A stretch of DNA of 64,000 nt from an uncultured Nitrososphaerota archaeon (GTDB lineage Archaea; Asgardarchaeota; Njordarchaeia; Njordarchaeales; Njordarchaeaceae). Shown here in pieces: positions 41,828 through 51,489 of the stretch (within the stretch, counting starts at the first letter, position 1; each line of letters opens with the position of its first letter). Under the pieces are notes generated by a model. That model did not search any database. It was not told where the DNA came from and saw nothing but the letters and a program-made list of their open reading frames with translations. Where the stretch lies: positions 39,675-103,674 of the forward strand of contig CAZFGR010000004.1 of NCBI GenBank assembly GCA_964518475.1, read 5' to 3'. The translations under genes and the position numbers were made by a program.

Positions 41828-42532
41828 TTATTTCCCTAGAGGATTAACCTTTATTTCCCTAACAGCGTATAGGGAGGAACCATCAAAATAGAAAGTATGA
41901 GCAAACATTTTTACACCCTTTTTATAAGCTTTTACGAGGATCTCAGCAAATCTAGGATCTGTATCCCAGTTTGGGCGTACTTCTATGATATCTTTCTTCA
42001 TGACTAGGAAAAGAATACCAGAATGCATTCCATAGCCAAGAGCTTTGATCAGTTCAATTAAGTGCCTGGTACCTCTGGCAGTAGGTGCGTCGGGGAAATA
42101 ACCTATCAATCCTCTAAACAACGTGCACCCCTTTACCTCAAGCAATAATTTCTCATCATCGCCTTTCAGTAGAAAGTCTATTCTAGAAGAACCAAATTTG
42201 TATTCTGGAACTATTTCGATAAATCTCCGCAGCTCCTTAATAAGTCCTAATTCGATAATTCTCCTAGCTATGAGGGAGTGGTAGCCAGAGTGTGTAAATA
42301 TCCATTCATTATCTTTCTTTACAGCAATAACATCACAGAGTGTTTTACGTCGACCGTTGCGAAATAGTATCAGGAGTGGAGCTCTGGGTACTAATAATTC
42401 ACTTAGTCTCCCTGGATTATGCAGATGGCAGTATATTTCCTTACTATTATAAATAACTTTTACGAGAAACCTATTTGGTCTGTGAAGAAATGTTGCCTCC
42501 ACTAACTCACTAAACTCTAAAAGTTTAATCAT
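41828..42532 (-). CDS. sfsA: SfsA nuclease family protein
   Basis: 'RPNRF', 'HNPGRL.ELL', 'SRIDFLL', 'EVKGCTL', 'FPDAPTARG.RHL.EL'. Confidence 0.93.
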   Translation of the reverse strand: MIKLLEFSELVEATFLHRPNRFLVKVIYNSKEIYCHLHNPGRLSELLVPRAPLLILFRNGRRKTLCDVIAVKKDNEWIFTHSGYHSLIARRIIELGLIKELRRFIEIVPEYKFGSSRIDFLLKGDDEKLLLEVKGCTLFRGLIGYFPDAPTARGTRHLIELIKALGYGMHSGILFLVMKKDIIEVRPNWDTDPRFAEILVKAYKKGVKMFAHTFYFDGSSLYAVREIKVNPLGK

Positions 42533-42993
42533 TTATCCTCACTCAATGGGTGCTTCTCCTTCTTAACTACTCGGATTTCCTCTATCACTGTATACGGATA
42601 TTGCCCCTTTTCGTCCTTTTCGTACTTCTTAACCATGTCCCAGATGTTTAAGAGAGCGAGAGTAACACCCGTTAAAGCTTCCATCTCAACCCCGGTCTTA
42701 GCAACGCTTTTTACAGTAACCTCTACTTCGAGACCGTGATCATATGGCCTAATATCCACGGAAACATTTGTTATTGGTACGGGGTGACAGAATGGTAAGA
42801 GATCAGAAGTCTTTTTAGCCCCAGAAATAGCTACAATTTTTGATACTGAGAAGACATCCCCTTTCTCAACAAGCCCCTCCAAGATTCTCCTTAAAGTTTC
42901 CTTTCTGAGCTTTATCCGTCCTACAGCAGTGGCGGTTCTAAAACTCTCAACTTTCTCAGTTATATCAACCATCTTAACATCCTTCATAGACAA
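42529..42993 (-). CDS. moaC: Cyclic pyranopterin monophosphate synthase
   Basis: 'MVDITEK', 'LPFCHP', 'KTGVEMEALT', 'IWDMVK'. Confidence 0.96.
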   Translation of the reverse strand: MSMKDVKMVDITEKVESFRTATAVGRIKLRKETLRRILEGLVEKGDVFSVSKIVAISGAKKTSDLLPFCHPVPITNVSVDIRPYDHGLEVEVTVKSVAKTGVEMEALTGVTLALLNIWDMVKKYEKDEKGQYPYTVIEEIRVVKKEKHPLSEDK

Positions 42994-43132
42994 GCACCTT
43001 CAAGATTCTAAAAATATAGACACAGACTGGATAATATAGGTGTTCCCGCAAAAGTTATCTATGCACGAGTAAACGATCCTTAAATCTGGGAAGCTCTATT
43101 ATCAGAATCAAAAGATAAAGATGAGGTAAAAA

Positions 43133-44257
43133 TTATGTAAAAGTTTGTTCATATAATTCCTCAGGTGTTACTCTCAATATTATTGATGATACCAGCGTAG
43201 TTACTAGGATTGTGAGAAGCAAAACGGTGTATAGCTCGGTATCGATTATCCCAGCAGATAATCCGTAAACTGCTGCTATTATCCCAAATGTTAGGTTAAA
43301 AACAAAGAAGAGACCAGCTATCTTTGAGACTTCCCTACCCACACATACCCAAGATGTTACAAAGACGCTGAGATACTTCGCGACAAAAGTCAATGGAATT
43401 AAGAGAAGAAGCAGTATTACACTATTAATAGTAATCGTGGATAGATTGATGAATAGACCTGCACGGAAGAAAAAGGCTGGTGCCAAGAAACCAAAGATTA
43501 TCCCACGCAATTTTTCTTGAATCGCTACGTCTTCTTCAACGATCTCAGAAAACAGAACTCCGAGTAGAAACGCTAGTACTGCCTCGCTTATTAATGTCCT
43601 CTCAGCTATGAGAGGAAGGATAATTAATAGGAGGAGAACTAGCCGCATCTCGAGCTCTACCAGTGATCTCCTATACCTGCTAAAAACCCATTTACCAAGT
43701 TTAGGAGATAGGAACATAAAGATTATGGCTAGCGCTACATAGAATATGGCCGAGAGAGGAAATGTACCAGCTAAGAATGGAAGTGATAGAATACTTAGTA
43801 CATCCGTTATTAGGGCTCCTCCAAGAATTATCTGACTATACTCTTTTTCGATAATTTTCTTCTCTCTCAAAACCGCGTAAACGAGGGCTAATGAAGTTGT
43901 GGATAATGATATCGCTATTAATAGAACTTTCCTAAACGGGAATCCTAGAAAAGTTGAAAGTATTGAGAAAATGGCTATTAAAGGGATAAAATAGGCTATC
44001 GCTCCGAGAAAAATATTTACTATCAAGTTTTGCTTCAGAAGTTTTGGATCTACTTCAAAACCAGCGTAGAACATAATTCCTACAAGTCCAAAATCTGCCA
44101 AGAAGTCTAACCACTCAACAGAGTGAACTCCTAAAACATTTGATGCTAGGACTCCTGCCAATATCTCTAGTATAGCTGTAGAGAAACCGATTTCTATAGA
44201 GATTATCCCAGCAAGAAATATCAAGACACCAACAATTACAGTATCCTGCCTCATCAA
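43133..44257 (-). CDS. Cation:proton antiporter (CPA family)
   Basis: 'MFYAGFEVD', 'LSTTS', 'LITDV', 'FLAPAFFFRAG'. Confidence 0.88.
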   Translation of the reverse strand: MMRQDTVIVGVLIFLAGIISIEIGFSTAILEILAGVLASNVLGVHSVEWLDFLADFGLVGIMFYAGFEVDPKLLKQNLIVNIFLGAIAYFIPLIAIFSILSTFLGFPFRKVLLIAISLSTTSLALVYAVLREKKIIEKEYSQIILGGALITDVLSILSLPFLAGTFPLSAIFYVALAIIFMFLSPKLGKWVFSRYRRSLVELEMRLVLLLLIILPLIAERTLISEAVLAFLLGVLFSEIVEEDVAIQEKLRGIIFGFLAPAFFFRAGLFINLSTITINSVILLLLLIPLTFVAKYLSVFVTSWVCVGREVSKIAGLFFVFNLTFGIIAAVYGLSAGIIDTELYTVLLLTILVTTLVSSIILRVTPEELYEQTFT

Positions 44258-44575
44258 GAAACCTCTGAAACCTCTCAGGGATGACGAGGGTTAAAAAATA
44301 CACCCTTTAACATTTAAAAGTTATGTTCGCGAGAACGGTACGGAATCTCACCAATTCGCTTGAGTAATCAGCAAACAACGGTATTACATATGTATTACTT
44401 TTCCTCATATAGTTCCTAATGAGACTGGCTTATGTGAGCCGGAGATAAGCGAAAAATTTAAATTTGATGCGTTTCTAAAGAATCTATCGCTTACCAAGTT
44501 CTATATTTTATCTCCTCTAGAGTTAACCTAGGGGCTTCCTCATTAGCCAAATGGTAATACGAATAAAGCAGAGAG

Positions 44576-44791
44576 GTGAGAAGTATGCCAAACATACGAG
44601 TGAAGCCAGGTAAACGCAGGGGCGAACTCTACAGAATAATCCTTAATGATAGGTACATGCTAATAAAGTGGAGAAGCGGTAAAGCCTATTTCGTAGATAT
44701 TAAAACCGGGGACAACGTCCCCCCAGAATATAGACAGATTCTCTTAAAGGCTGATAAGGAACTAAACAATGTCAGATCTCTCTCCCTATAA
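44576..44791 (+). CDS. Small basic hypothetical protein (likely ATG 44585 after GAGGTGA)
   Basis: Good SD site; no motif recognised. Confidence 0.55.
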   Translation: MRSMPNIRVKPGKRRGELYRIILNDRYMLIKWRSGKAYFVDIKTGDNVPPEYRQILLKADKELNNVRSLSL

Positions 44792-44826
44792 CTCCTCTAT
44801 TCTTCTCTCATTGACACGATTTTAGG

Positions 44827-45477
44827 ATGATGAGTGTGGGGAGAGAGTCTAATAAACAATTTTTAGAGGCTATTAAAAAAGTTATCGAGGATTACTGGAG
44901 CGAACCAAACTGGTCAGATATTTTCAAGCTTTTGATTGCATGTATAGTGTCCCAAAGAACGCGTTCAGAAGTTACTAGAAAAGTTGTCGAGGAACTATTT
45001 AGTAAGTATCGTGATGCGAGAGAGTTAGCCCATGCTGATATAGAAGATATCCAGAGAATTCTCAAACCAGCCGGACTTTATAGAATGAAAGCTAGAGCAA
45101 TTATTCGAGCAGCTAATTACATTCTCACAGTACTTAACGGGCAAGTTCCAAATAGTTTCGAGGAGCTCTTAAAAATTCCTGGAATAGGGAGAAAATGTGC
45201 TAATATAGTTCTAGCTTACGGATTTGGAAAACAAGTAATAGCGGTTGATGCTAATGTTGAGAGAATATGTAAGCGATTAGGTCTCGTTAGAAAAGATGCT
45301 AAACCGGTAGAAATCGAGAATACTCTCACGAAACTTTTACCAAAGAGCTATTGGAGGAAAGTAGATATTTCTATGGTCAGATTTGGGAGGACGATTTGTA
45401 AACCTACTAATCCCAGATGTGCTGAGTGTCCCTTATCTAGTTTCTGCAAATATTACGCGAATCAATGCATTGTTTAA
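44827..45477 (+). CDS. nth: Endonuclease III
   Basis: HhH 'LLKIPGIGRKCA', 'VDANV.R', 4Fe-4S 'C.PTNPRCAECPL..FC'. Confidence 0.93.
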   Translation: MMSVGRESNKQFLEAIKKVIEDYWSEPNWSDIFKLLIACIVSQRTRSEVTRKVVEELFSKYRDARELAHADIEDIQRILKPAGLYRMKARAIIRAANYILTVLNGQVPNSFEELLKIPGIGRKCANIVLAYGFGKQVIAVDANVERICKRLGLVRKDAKPVEIENTLTKLLPKSYWRKVDISMVRFGRTICKPTNPRCAECPLSSFCKYYANQCIV

Positions 45478-45535
45478 AGCTTTTTATTTATTTAATGCAA
45501 CTATTAAGTTTGGAATTTCTCTTGGAAGTGGTTCT

Positions 45536-46765
45536 ATGCCCTATTATAGAGTTCTTAAGTTAGGTTTTAGTCTAGCAACTAGAGCAAAGATTAGATCAAC
45601 AATATTCGTCATCCTATTCGTGTTAGCCACTACAGTATCTCTTCTTCAACTTTCTAGAATATATTCTTATGGAACTCATGACTTATTGCGCTTAAAGGGA
45701 GTGGTACTAGAGCCTCAGTCCCCTATGAGAAGCGATGTAATCGATGAGAAGCTTTATGGTATCTACAATGATTTTCGAGATGTTCTAAGTGGTATATACA
45801 TAGTCTATGGTCTGAGTATTCTGGATAACCAGTTACTCGTTATCTCAGTAAACACTTACAGAGAATTAGGGTTCTCAGAAGAGATCAGATGGGCAGTATC
45901 AGAGTTCAAACCGACAGCACTCATCAAGGGTCGTTATATAGAGACGAAGGGCGAAGGAATCGTTAACGATGGTTTTTACTTAAACTTTACAGAATACGGC
46001 ACTCCTCTAGCAGTCCACCTAAGCGTTGGTGATGTCTTATCTTTCCGTGCAGGCTATAGGGAACTCAAAATAAGAATAGTGGGGATCACTAGTAGTGAGC
46101 TCTCTGTTTTCAAAAAAGTCACAGATCTACCCTTTGAGAATGTCTTATTCGTTGATTGGGAGACTTTTAAGGATATAGCAGTAGATATCAAGGGACTGTC
46201 TGGCCCGATTGAAGAGTCTTCACAAGTATACGTGCTTAGAGTAATCTTTCTGGTAAAAGGTTCCGTAATATCAGCGTTGACTAGTGGGGATATTTTCAAA
46301 TATAAGACAGTGCTTAAGGAGGAGCTGAGCAAGAGAGCATCCACTCTAACACCACTAAAAATAATCTCGATAGAAGAGATTATCCCGCAGGAATATCAAG
46401 CAATGGTAATCTTGTTCATTGTATCCGTTCTCTTCCAGATGATGGTTACTGGCATATATGCAATCCTAATAATTAGGTTCCGGAGAATAGATATAGCCAC
46501 CCTTAGAGCCATAGGATGGGACTCTGGTCATGTCAAAATGTTTGTTATAGGAGAATTCCTCAGTATTCTAGTAATTGGGTTCGTAATAGGTATTGTTGCT
46601 GGAGGCATCTACAATTCCTTCTTATTGAGGTTGCCTTTCAGCACAATTCCATACATAGTACTCCTATTCACCAACATGATTATTCCAGTACTGATAGGGA
46701 TAAAGTATACCTCATCAGCAACATTAACCATACCACCCTCAGAAGCCTTTAGGAGGGAGGAATAA
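45536..46765 (+). CDS. ABC transporter permease, FtsX/MacB-like (start reassigned to ATG 45536)
   Basis: N-terminal TM, large extracellular loop, 'RRIDIATLRAIGW', 3 C-terminal TMs. Confidence 0.85.
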   Translation: MPYYRVLKLGFSLATRAKIRSTIFVILFVLATTVSLLQLSRIYSYGTHDLLRLKGVVLEPQSPMRSDVIDEKLYGIYNDFRDVLSGIYIVYGLSILDNQLLVISVNTYRELGFSEEIRWAVSEFKPTALIKGRYIETKGEGIVNDGFYLNFTEYGTPLAVHLSVGDVLSFRAGYRELKIRIVGITSSELSVFKKVTDLPFENVLFVDWETFKDIAVDIKGLSGPIEESSQVYVLRVIFLVKGSVISALTSGDIFKYKTVLKEELSKRASTLTPLKIISIEEIIPQEYQAMVILFIVSVLFQMMVTGIYAILIIRFRRIDIATLRAIGWDSGHVKMFVIGEFLSILVIGFVIGIVAGGIYNSFLLRLPFSTIPYIVLLFTNMIIPVLIGIKYTSSATLTIPPSEAFRREE

Positions 46766-46767
46766 GT

Positions 46768-47484
46768 ATGAGCGAACCAATAATAGAAGCTATAAATGTG
46801 ACAAAAGAGTTTTCTGGTAAGAAAGGAAGAGTGAAAGCTCTGGAGAATTTCAATCTAAAAGTTCACCCCGGAGACTTCATAATAATTTACGGTCCGTCGG
46901 GAGCAGGTAAAACCACGGCATTAAATCTATTATCAGGGATGGATAGACCAACTAAGGGAGATATCATAATATACAAGCGGAATGTGAAAGATCTCTCGGA
47001 AGAGGAATTAACAAAGATAAGACGGGAGAAAATAGGGTTTATTTTCCAGTTCTTTAATCTGATTAACCATTTAACCGTTCTAGAAAACGTCATAGTGCCG
47101 CTGCTTCCTTCTAACATGCCAGAAGAGGAGATTATAACGAGGGCGGAAGTGATCTTGAGCGAATTAGGCCTTATAGGGAAGAAGAATAGATATCCAACGG
47201 AGTTATCGGGAGGGGAGCAGCAACGTGTAGCGATTGCACGAGCATTGGTATCTGATCCAGAGATAATCATGGCTGACGAACCTGTTGCTCAGCTAGATGA
47301 GAAGGCGGCAGAGGTCGTTATTTCAGCGCTTCTCAGAGCCAATAAAGAGGGAAAGACGATTATTTTAGCTACGGCTAGTCATAATCTAGCAAGTAACTTG
47401 AGAAAGTTTGCCACCAAAACAATCTCACTAGAGAGAGGGAGAATAACGAAAGAGGAAACACCAAAAGCAAAGAAACAGAAATAA
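46768..47484 (+). CDS. ABC transporter ATP-binding protein (LolD/MacB-like)
   Basis: 'GPSGAGKTT', 'LSGGEQQRVAIARAL', 'ADEP'. Confidence 0.95.
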   Translation: MSEPIIEAINVTKEFSGKKGRVKALENFNLKVHPGDFIIIYGPSGAGKTTALNLLSGMDRPTKGDIIIYKRNVKDLSEEELTKIRREKIGFIFQFFNLINHLTVLENVIVPLLPSNMPEEEIITRAEVILSELGLIGKKNRYPTELSGGEQQRVAIARALVSDPEIIMADEPVAQLDEKAAEVVISALLRANKEGKTIILATASHNLASNLRKFATKTISLERGRITKEETPKAKKQK

Positions 47485-47530
47485 GTACCGCTTTATCTCC
47501 ATACCTTTTTTCTTTTAGAGGTGAACAAAA

Positions 47531-48223
47531 ATAGAGCTCTTCGAGGATCGAAGACTACGTGATAGACTACGAATTTTTAAAAATAGAGAGCATGCGGGAG
47601 AATTACTAGCGAAGTTTCTTAAAGAGAATCTGCCAGTACGTGAGAGACTTGTTGTTCTTGCTATTCCGAGAGGAGGCGCTCCTGTAGGATGTATCGTGGC
47701 TAAGGAGTTGGGTGCTGAGTTTGATCTTGTAATAGTAAGGAAATTACCAATTCCGTGGGATCCAGAAGCAGGTTTTGGTGCAATTACGCCCGATGGAGAA
47801 GTCTTAGTTAATAAGGAGTATCAAGAGTATCTTGGATTGAGAGATAGCGAGGTTAGAGAGATAGCTAATAGAGTGCTGGAGGAGATTCTGAGGAGGCAAA
47901 GACTTTATTTAGGAAAGAGAAAAAGCGTGGAGTTAGCTAACAAGAATATTGTAATCGTAGATGATGGAATCGCGACTGGCTATACTATGCTTGCTGCTGT
48001 TAAGTACGCCAAAAGGAACGGTGCTGATAAAATATTTGTTGCAGCTCCAACAGCTTCCCAAGGAGCAGTTAGATTCCTGCTGAAGTATGTTGATGCTTTG
48101 TTCTGTCTTAATATTCGATCTGATATACCGTACTTCGCCGTAGCCGATGCCTACGAGAATTGGTATGATTTAACAGATGACGATGTCTTAAAGTACTTGA
48201 AGGAGTACGGGTTCTATGAGTGA
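47531..48223 (+). CDS. Phosphoribosyltransferase family protein (N-terminus extends 55 codons upstream of the track ORF)
   Basis: In-frame 'FKNREHAGELLA...LAIPRGG.PV', 'VDDGIATG'; start codon unclear. Confidence 0.85.
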   Translation: MELFEDRRLRDRLRIFKNREHAGELLAKFLKENLPVRERLVVLAIPRGGAPVGCIVAKELGAEFDLVIVRKLPIPWDPEAGFGAITPDGEVLVNKEYQEYLGLRDSEVREIANRVLEEILRRQRLYLGKRKSVELANKNIVIVDDGIATGYTMLAAVKYAKRNGADKIFVAAPTASQGAVRFLLKYVDALFCLNIRSDIPYFAVADAYENWYDLTDDDVLKYLKEYGFYE

Positions 48224-49016
48224 AAGATTGACTAGGACTCGTTCTGAGGAATTAATCAATATTCTAAGAGAATTTAGTATTGACGAAGTTTTGAGTATTG
48301 AAAAGAAATTTGATGAGCAATTCCATGCTCTTAAATATCTTTACCATAACTGCTTACAAGACTGCAGAGTTTACCTAGTGCTCATAGTTTTGAACGCTCT
48401 TTCTAGCTATATGCTTAATTGTACTGGTGAGGAATATTGGTGGGAATTCTCTAGATATTTCTGCTCTTCGAGAAACATGATAAAAAAACTAGAGAGTACT
48501 GGTATAATCAATGTTTTCAAGGATTTTCTACGAAGATCGAAGTGTAATAAGAGATTCCTAGAAACCAAGCTTAGAAGAGTTGATCGAGTAATACAGTTAA
48601 TAAATTCTCTCATCCAAGACATAGATGCATATGCTTGTTCTTCAGAAAAGCTTTTGGAAGAGTTAGTCGAGCGATTAGGTGGGAGGAGAGATGCTAAAAC
48701 ACTGGTTTTTACTGTTAAGATGTTTAATTATGGTTTGAGAATATGTACTGGGCAAAGATACGTATTACCTTTCACAATCTCTATCCCCGTAGACAATAGG
48801 ATTTCAAAGATATCTAATGCACTAGGGATAAAACAACGAATCACGGAATTTTGGAATAACGTGTCTAAGATTGTCAAAATTCCTCCTCTACACATAGATT
48901 CGCTCCTCTGGGTCGCTTATAGATATATGAAACGGAGGGAGAAAACTGGGCACAGGAAATTTGATAGATTAATCCTCTTTCTTCAAAAAATACTAATAGA
49001 AAATACCTTTGCTTAA
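48216..49016 (+). CDS. Archaeal 8-oxoguanine N-glycosylase/DNA lyase (AGOG)
   Basis: 'NALSSY.L...GEEYWWEF', 'KTLVFTVKM', 'IPVD.RI', 'IPPLHIDSLLW'. Confidence 0.9.
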   Translation: MSERLTRTRSEELINILREFSIDEVLSIEKKFDEQFHALKYLYHNCLQDCRVYLVLIVLNALSSYMLNCTGEEYWWEFSRYFCSSRNMIKKLESTGIINVFKDFLRRSKCNKRFLETKLRRVDRVIQLINSLIQDIDAYACSSEKLLEELVERLGGRRDAKTLVFTVKMFNYGLRICTGQRYVLPFTISIPVDNRISKISNALGIKQRITEFWNNVSKIVKIPPLHIDSLLWVAYRYMKRREKTGHRKFDRLILFLQKILIENTFA

Positions 49017-49149
49017 GAAAATCGATCAAAACGCTGACTAGATTGGGAATTCTTATTAGCGGTAAAGTAAATTATTCGGGAATGGGTCTTAGGGGATTTA
49101 GGAGCTGTGAGAACCGAGAAACCCGAGAAAAACGATAGAAGTCCGCGAC

Positions 49150-49232
49150 TAACGCACCCTCGGCGGGGGCTATATATTATATGCGGGGCACGGATCCCGC
49201 CCATCCCGCCCTTAGGCTATTCCCGTAACGCA
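49150..49232. ncRNA. Unidentified GC-rich structured element (candidate ncRNA)
   Basis: Nested stems GGCGGG/CCCGCC and GCGGG/CCCGC with an AT-only linker; minus-strand TATA-like box near 49246-49256 and T-run near 49128. Confidence 0.45.
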
Positions 49233-49327
49233 ATTTTTTGCAAGCGTATATTTATTTCCTTAGAGGACGGAAAAATCCTTATTAATAATCATAAACTAAA
49301 AATATAGAGATGACTAAATAACAGTCG

Positions 49328-50053
49328 TTGGGTGAGTTTATGACTGAGCTTCTTTACATGGATGACTCTTACTTGAAAGAGTTCGAAGCGACTGTTTTAG
49401 AAGTATCAGACAAGGGCGTGGTTCTTGATAAAACTGCTTTTTATCCAGAGGGTGGGGGGCTTCCCAGCGATACTGGTTTCCTGATACTGGATGGTGAAAA
49501 GTTCCGAGTAATTCACGTCCGTAAGGAAGGAGATAGGGTATACCATATACTAGAAAGTGGTTATGAAAAATTCAGAGAAGGAGGCAAGGTTAAGGGAGTT
49601 ATTGATTGGGAAAGAAGATACAGAATAATGCGATTACACACAGCAGCGCATGTTTTGAGTGGGCTATTCTATAGTAAACTAGGCGCCTTAGTAACGGGAA
49701 ACGCCATAAGGGAGGATCGAGCACACATCGATTTCAATGTTGAGAAGCCCGACAAAGCACTTTTCCAACAAATTGTGAATGAAGCAAACCAATTGATTAA
49801 GGAGGGTAAGAAGGTCAAGATTTACTACATGGAGAGAGAAAAAGCCTTACAAACACCAGGCCTAATAAAACTCGCCAAAAGACTGCCTCCTAATATACCA
49901 ACACTCCGAATAGTTGAGATAGAGGGAATCGATATACAACCAGATGGAGGCCCCCATGTAGCAAATACTAGGGAAATAGGCGAGATAAAACTTCTGAAAG
50001 TGGAGAATAAGGGGAGAGGTAGAAGACGTATTCACTTCACAGTAGAGCCTTAG
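49328..50053 (+). CDS. alaXM: Alanyl-tRNA editing protein AlaX-M (likely ATG 49340)
   Basis: 'DKTAFYPEGGG', 'HTAAH', 'DGGPH'. Confidence 0.9.
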   Translation: MGEFMTELLYMDDSYLKEFEATVLEVSDKGVVLDKTAFYPEGGGLPSDTGFLILDGEKFRVIHVRKEGDRVYHILESGYEKFREGGKVKGVIDWERRYRIMRLHTAAHVLSGLFYSKLGALVTGNAIREDRAHIDFNVEKPDKALFQQIVNEANQLIKEGKKVKIYYMEREKALQTPGLIKLAKRLPPNIPTLRIVEIEGIDIQPDGGPHVANTREIGEIKLLKVENKGRGRRRIHFTVEP

Positions 50054-50410
50054 ACCAGTACTCGAATCAAGCTTTTAGGATTATCCATGACTGTGATAAA
50101 TCACTAATTGCCTCATCTAATCCAATTTTTTCTATCTAATGTTTCGAGAGACAATATCTGATATCTGGATTCGAGTAAGGGATGATATAATTCTCCAAAG
50201 AGGAGACGCTGTAATAATATATGGCGATCTCGGATCACTCAGAAATCTTATCCAGAGATGATCAAAGGACAGTTTTTAACGGTAGATCATTTAACCACGC
50301 TGAAGAAAAAAATGTTTGGGAGTAAATAGGGTGCGAAATGAATATATTTTATAATAAGCACTGTTATTTTTAGCCCCTAAGCCTTTATTAGTAAGCGGAG
50401 TGACTAGTGA

Positions 50411-51382
50411 ATGACACAGATCTATGACCGCTTCGGCCGTCCCATAAAAAACTTAAGAATAGCTGTTACTGAGCGGTGCAACCTAGCCTGTATCTATTGT
50501 CACAGAGAGGGTTCCTATCTTTACGCTCTTTACAGATGCTATAGATCCGATAGATCAGAAGAGCTTCCTTTGGATGCTATTGAGAAAATAGGAGTAGTTG
50601 CTAGAGAATTCGGGATCGAAGCAGTAAAAATTACTGGTGGTGAACCATTGCTTCGAGAGGATATACTTGATGTTGTGAGGGTGTTTAAGGAATTAGGATT
50701 CAGAGATATTTCGATGGTCACTAATGGTTTATTGCTCGAAGATAAGGCCTATGCTCTCAGAGAAGCAGGACTAAACAGAATTAATGTATCTCTCCCCTCA
50801 ATAGATCCTAAAAGATATTCTCTTGTTACCCGTTATGGACGAGAAGATGGTGTAGAAAAAGTAATTAAAGGAATTCAAGCAGCAATCGATGCTGGTTTAA
50901 AACCTGTCAAGATAAACACGGTAGTTCTCCGCGGTATAAATGATGATGAAATCTCGTCCCTTATGGAAATCGCTGCATCCCTTGGCGCAATGTTACAACT
51001 CATCGAGCTTCAATCTCCTCAAGGTTTTAGCGAGGAATTCTTTAAGAAGTACTTTGTACCCCTCCTCCCAATCGAAAAAGCGTTGGAGGAAAAAGCTTCG
51101 AAAGTCATAATCCGGAAGGATCTTCATGGTAGGAAAATCTTGTTTTTTGATAATGGATTGCGTGTAGAGATAGTTAGGCCAATGTATAATCCCGAATTCT
51201 GCAAAAGATGTACTAGGATAAGAGTCACCGCGAAAGGCGAGTGGAAACCATGCTTACTTAGAGAGGATAATCATGTAGATTTTTCAAAGTTTCTGAAGAA
51301 TGATAACGCTATTGAGGAGATCAGAAAAGCTTTCCTGAAAGCCGTTGCTAATAGAGAACCATTCTTTAGGAATTCTCAATGA
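50411..51382 (+). CDS. moaA: GTP 3',8-cyclase
   Basis: 'DRFGRP..NLRIAVTERCNLACIYCH', 'TGGEPLLR', 'FCKRCTRIR....KPCL'. Confidence 0.95.
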   Translation: MTQIYDRFGRPIKNLRIAVTERCNLACIYCHREGSYLYALYRCYRSDRSEELPLDAIEKIGVVAREFGIEAVKITGGEPLLREDILDVVRVFKELGFRDISMVTNGLLLEDKAYALREAGLNRINVSLPSIDPKRYSLVTRYGREDGVEKVIKGIQAAIDAGLKPVKINTVVLRGINDDEISSLMEIAASLGAMLQLIELQSPQGFSEEFFKKYFVPLLPIEKALEEKASKVIIRKDLHGRKILFFDNGLRVEIVRPMYNPEFCKRCTRIRVTAKGEWKPCLLREDNHVDFSKFLKNDNAIEEIRKAFLKAVANREPFFRNSQ

Positions 51383-51489
51383 GCATCCATAATTTTGAAA
51401 AAGGGTGCACCCTACTTTTTGTTACACAGGTCGCGAGCACCAAGTGACTATCAGAACTTTTAGAGATATTTTTGGAGGGCTTGAGTTGG

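Noticed and set aside
49157-49212. tRNA gene or tRNA half
   Set aside because: No TTCRA T-loop, D-arm or anticodon arm.
49013-49307. ORFs 49013..49204 (-) and 49107..49307 (+)
   Set aside because: Atypical composition; they arise from the GC-rich structured element.
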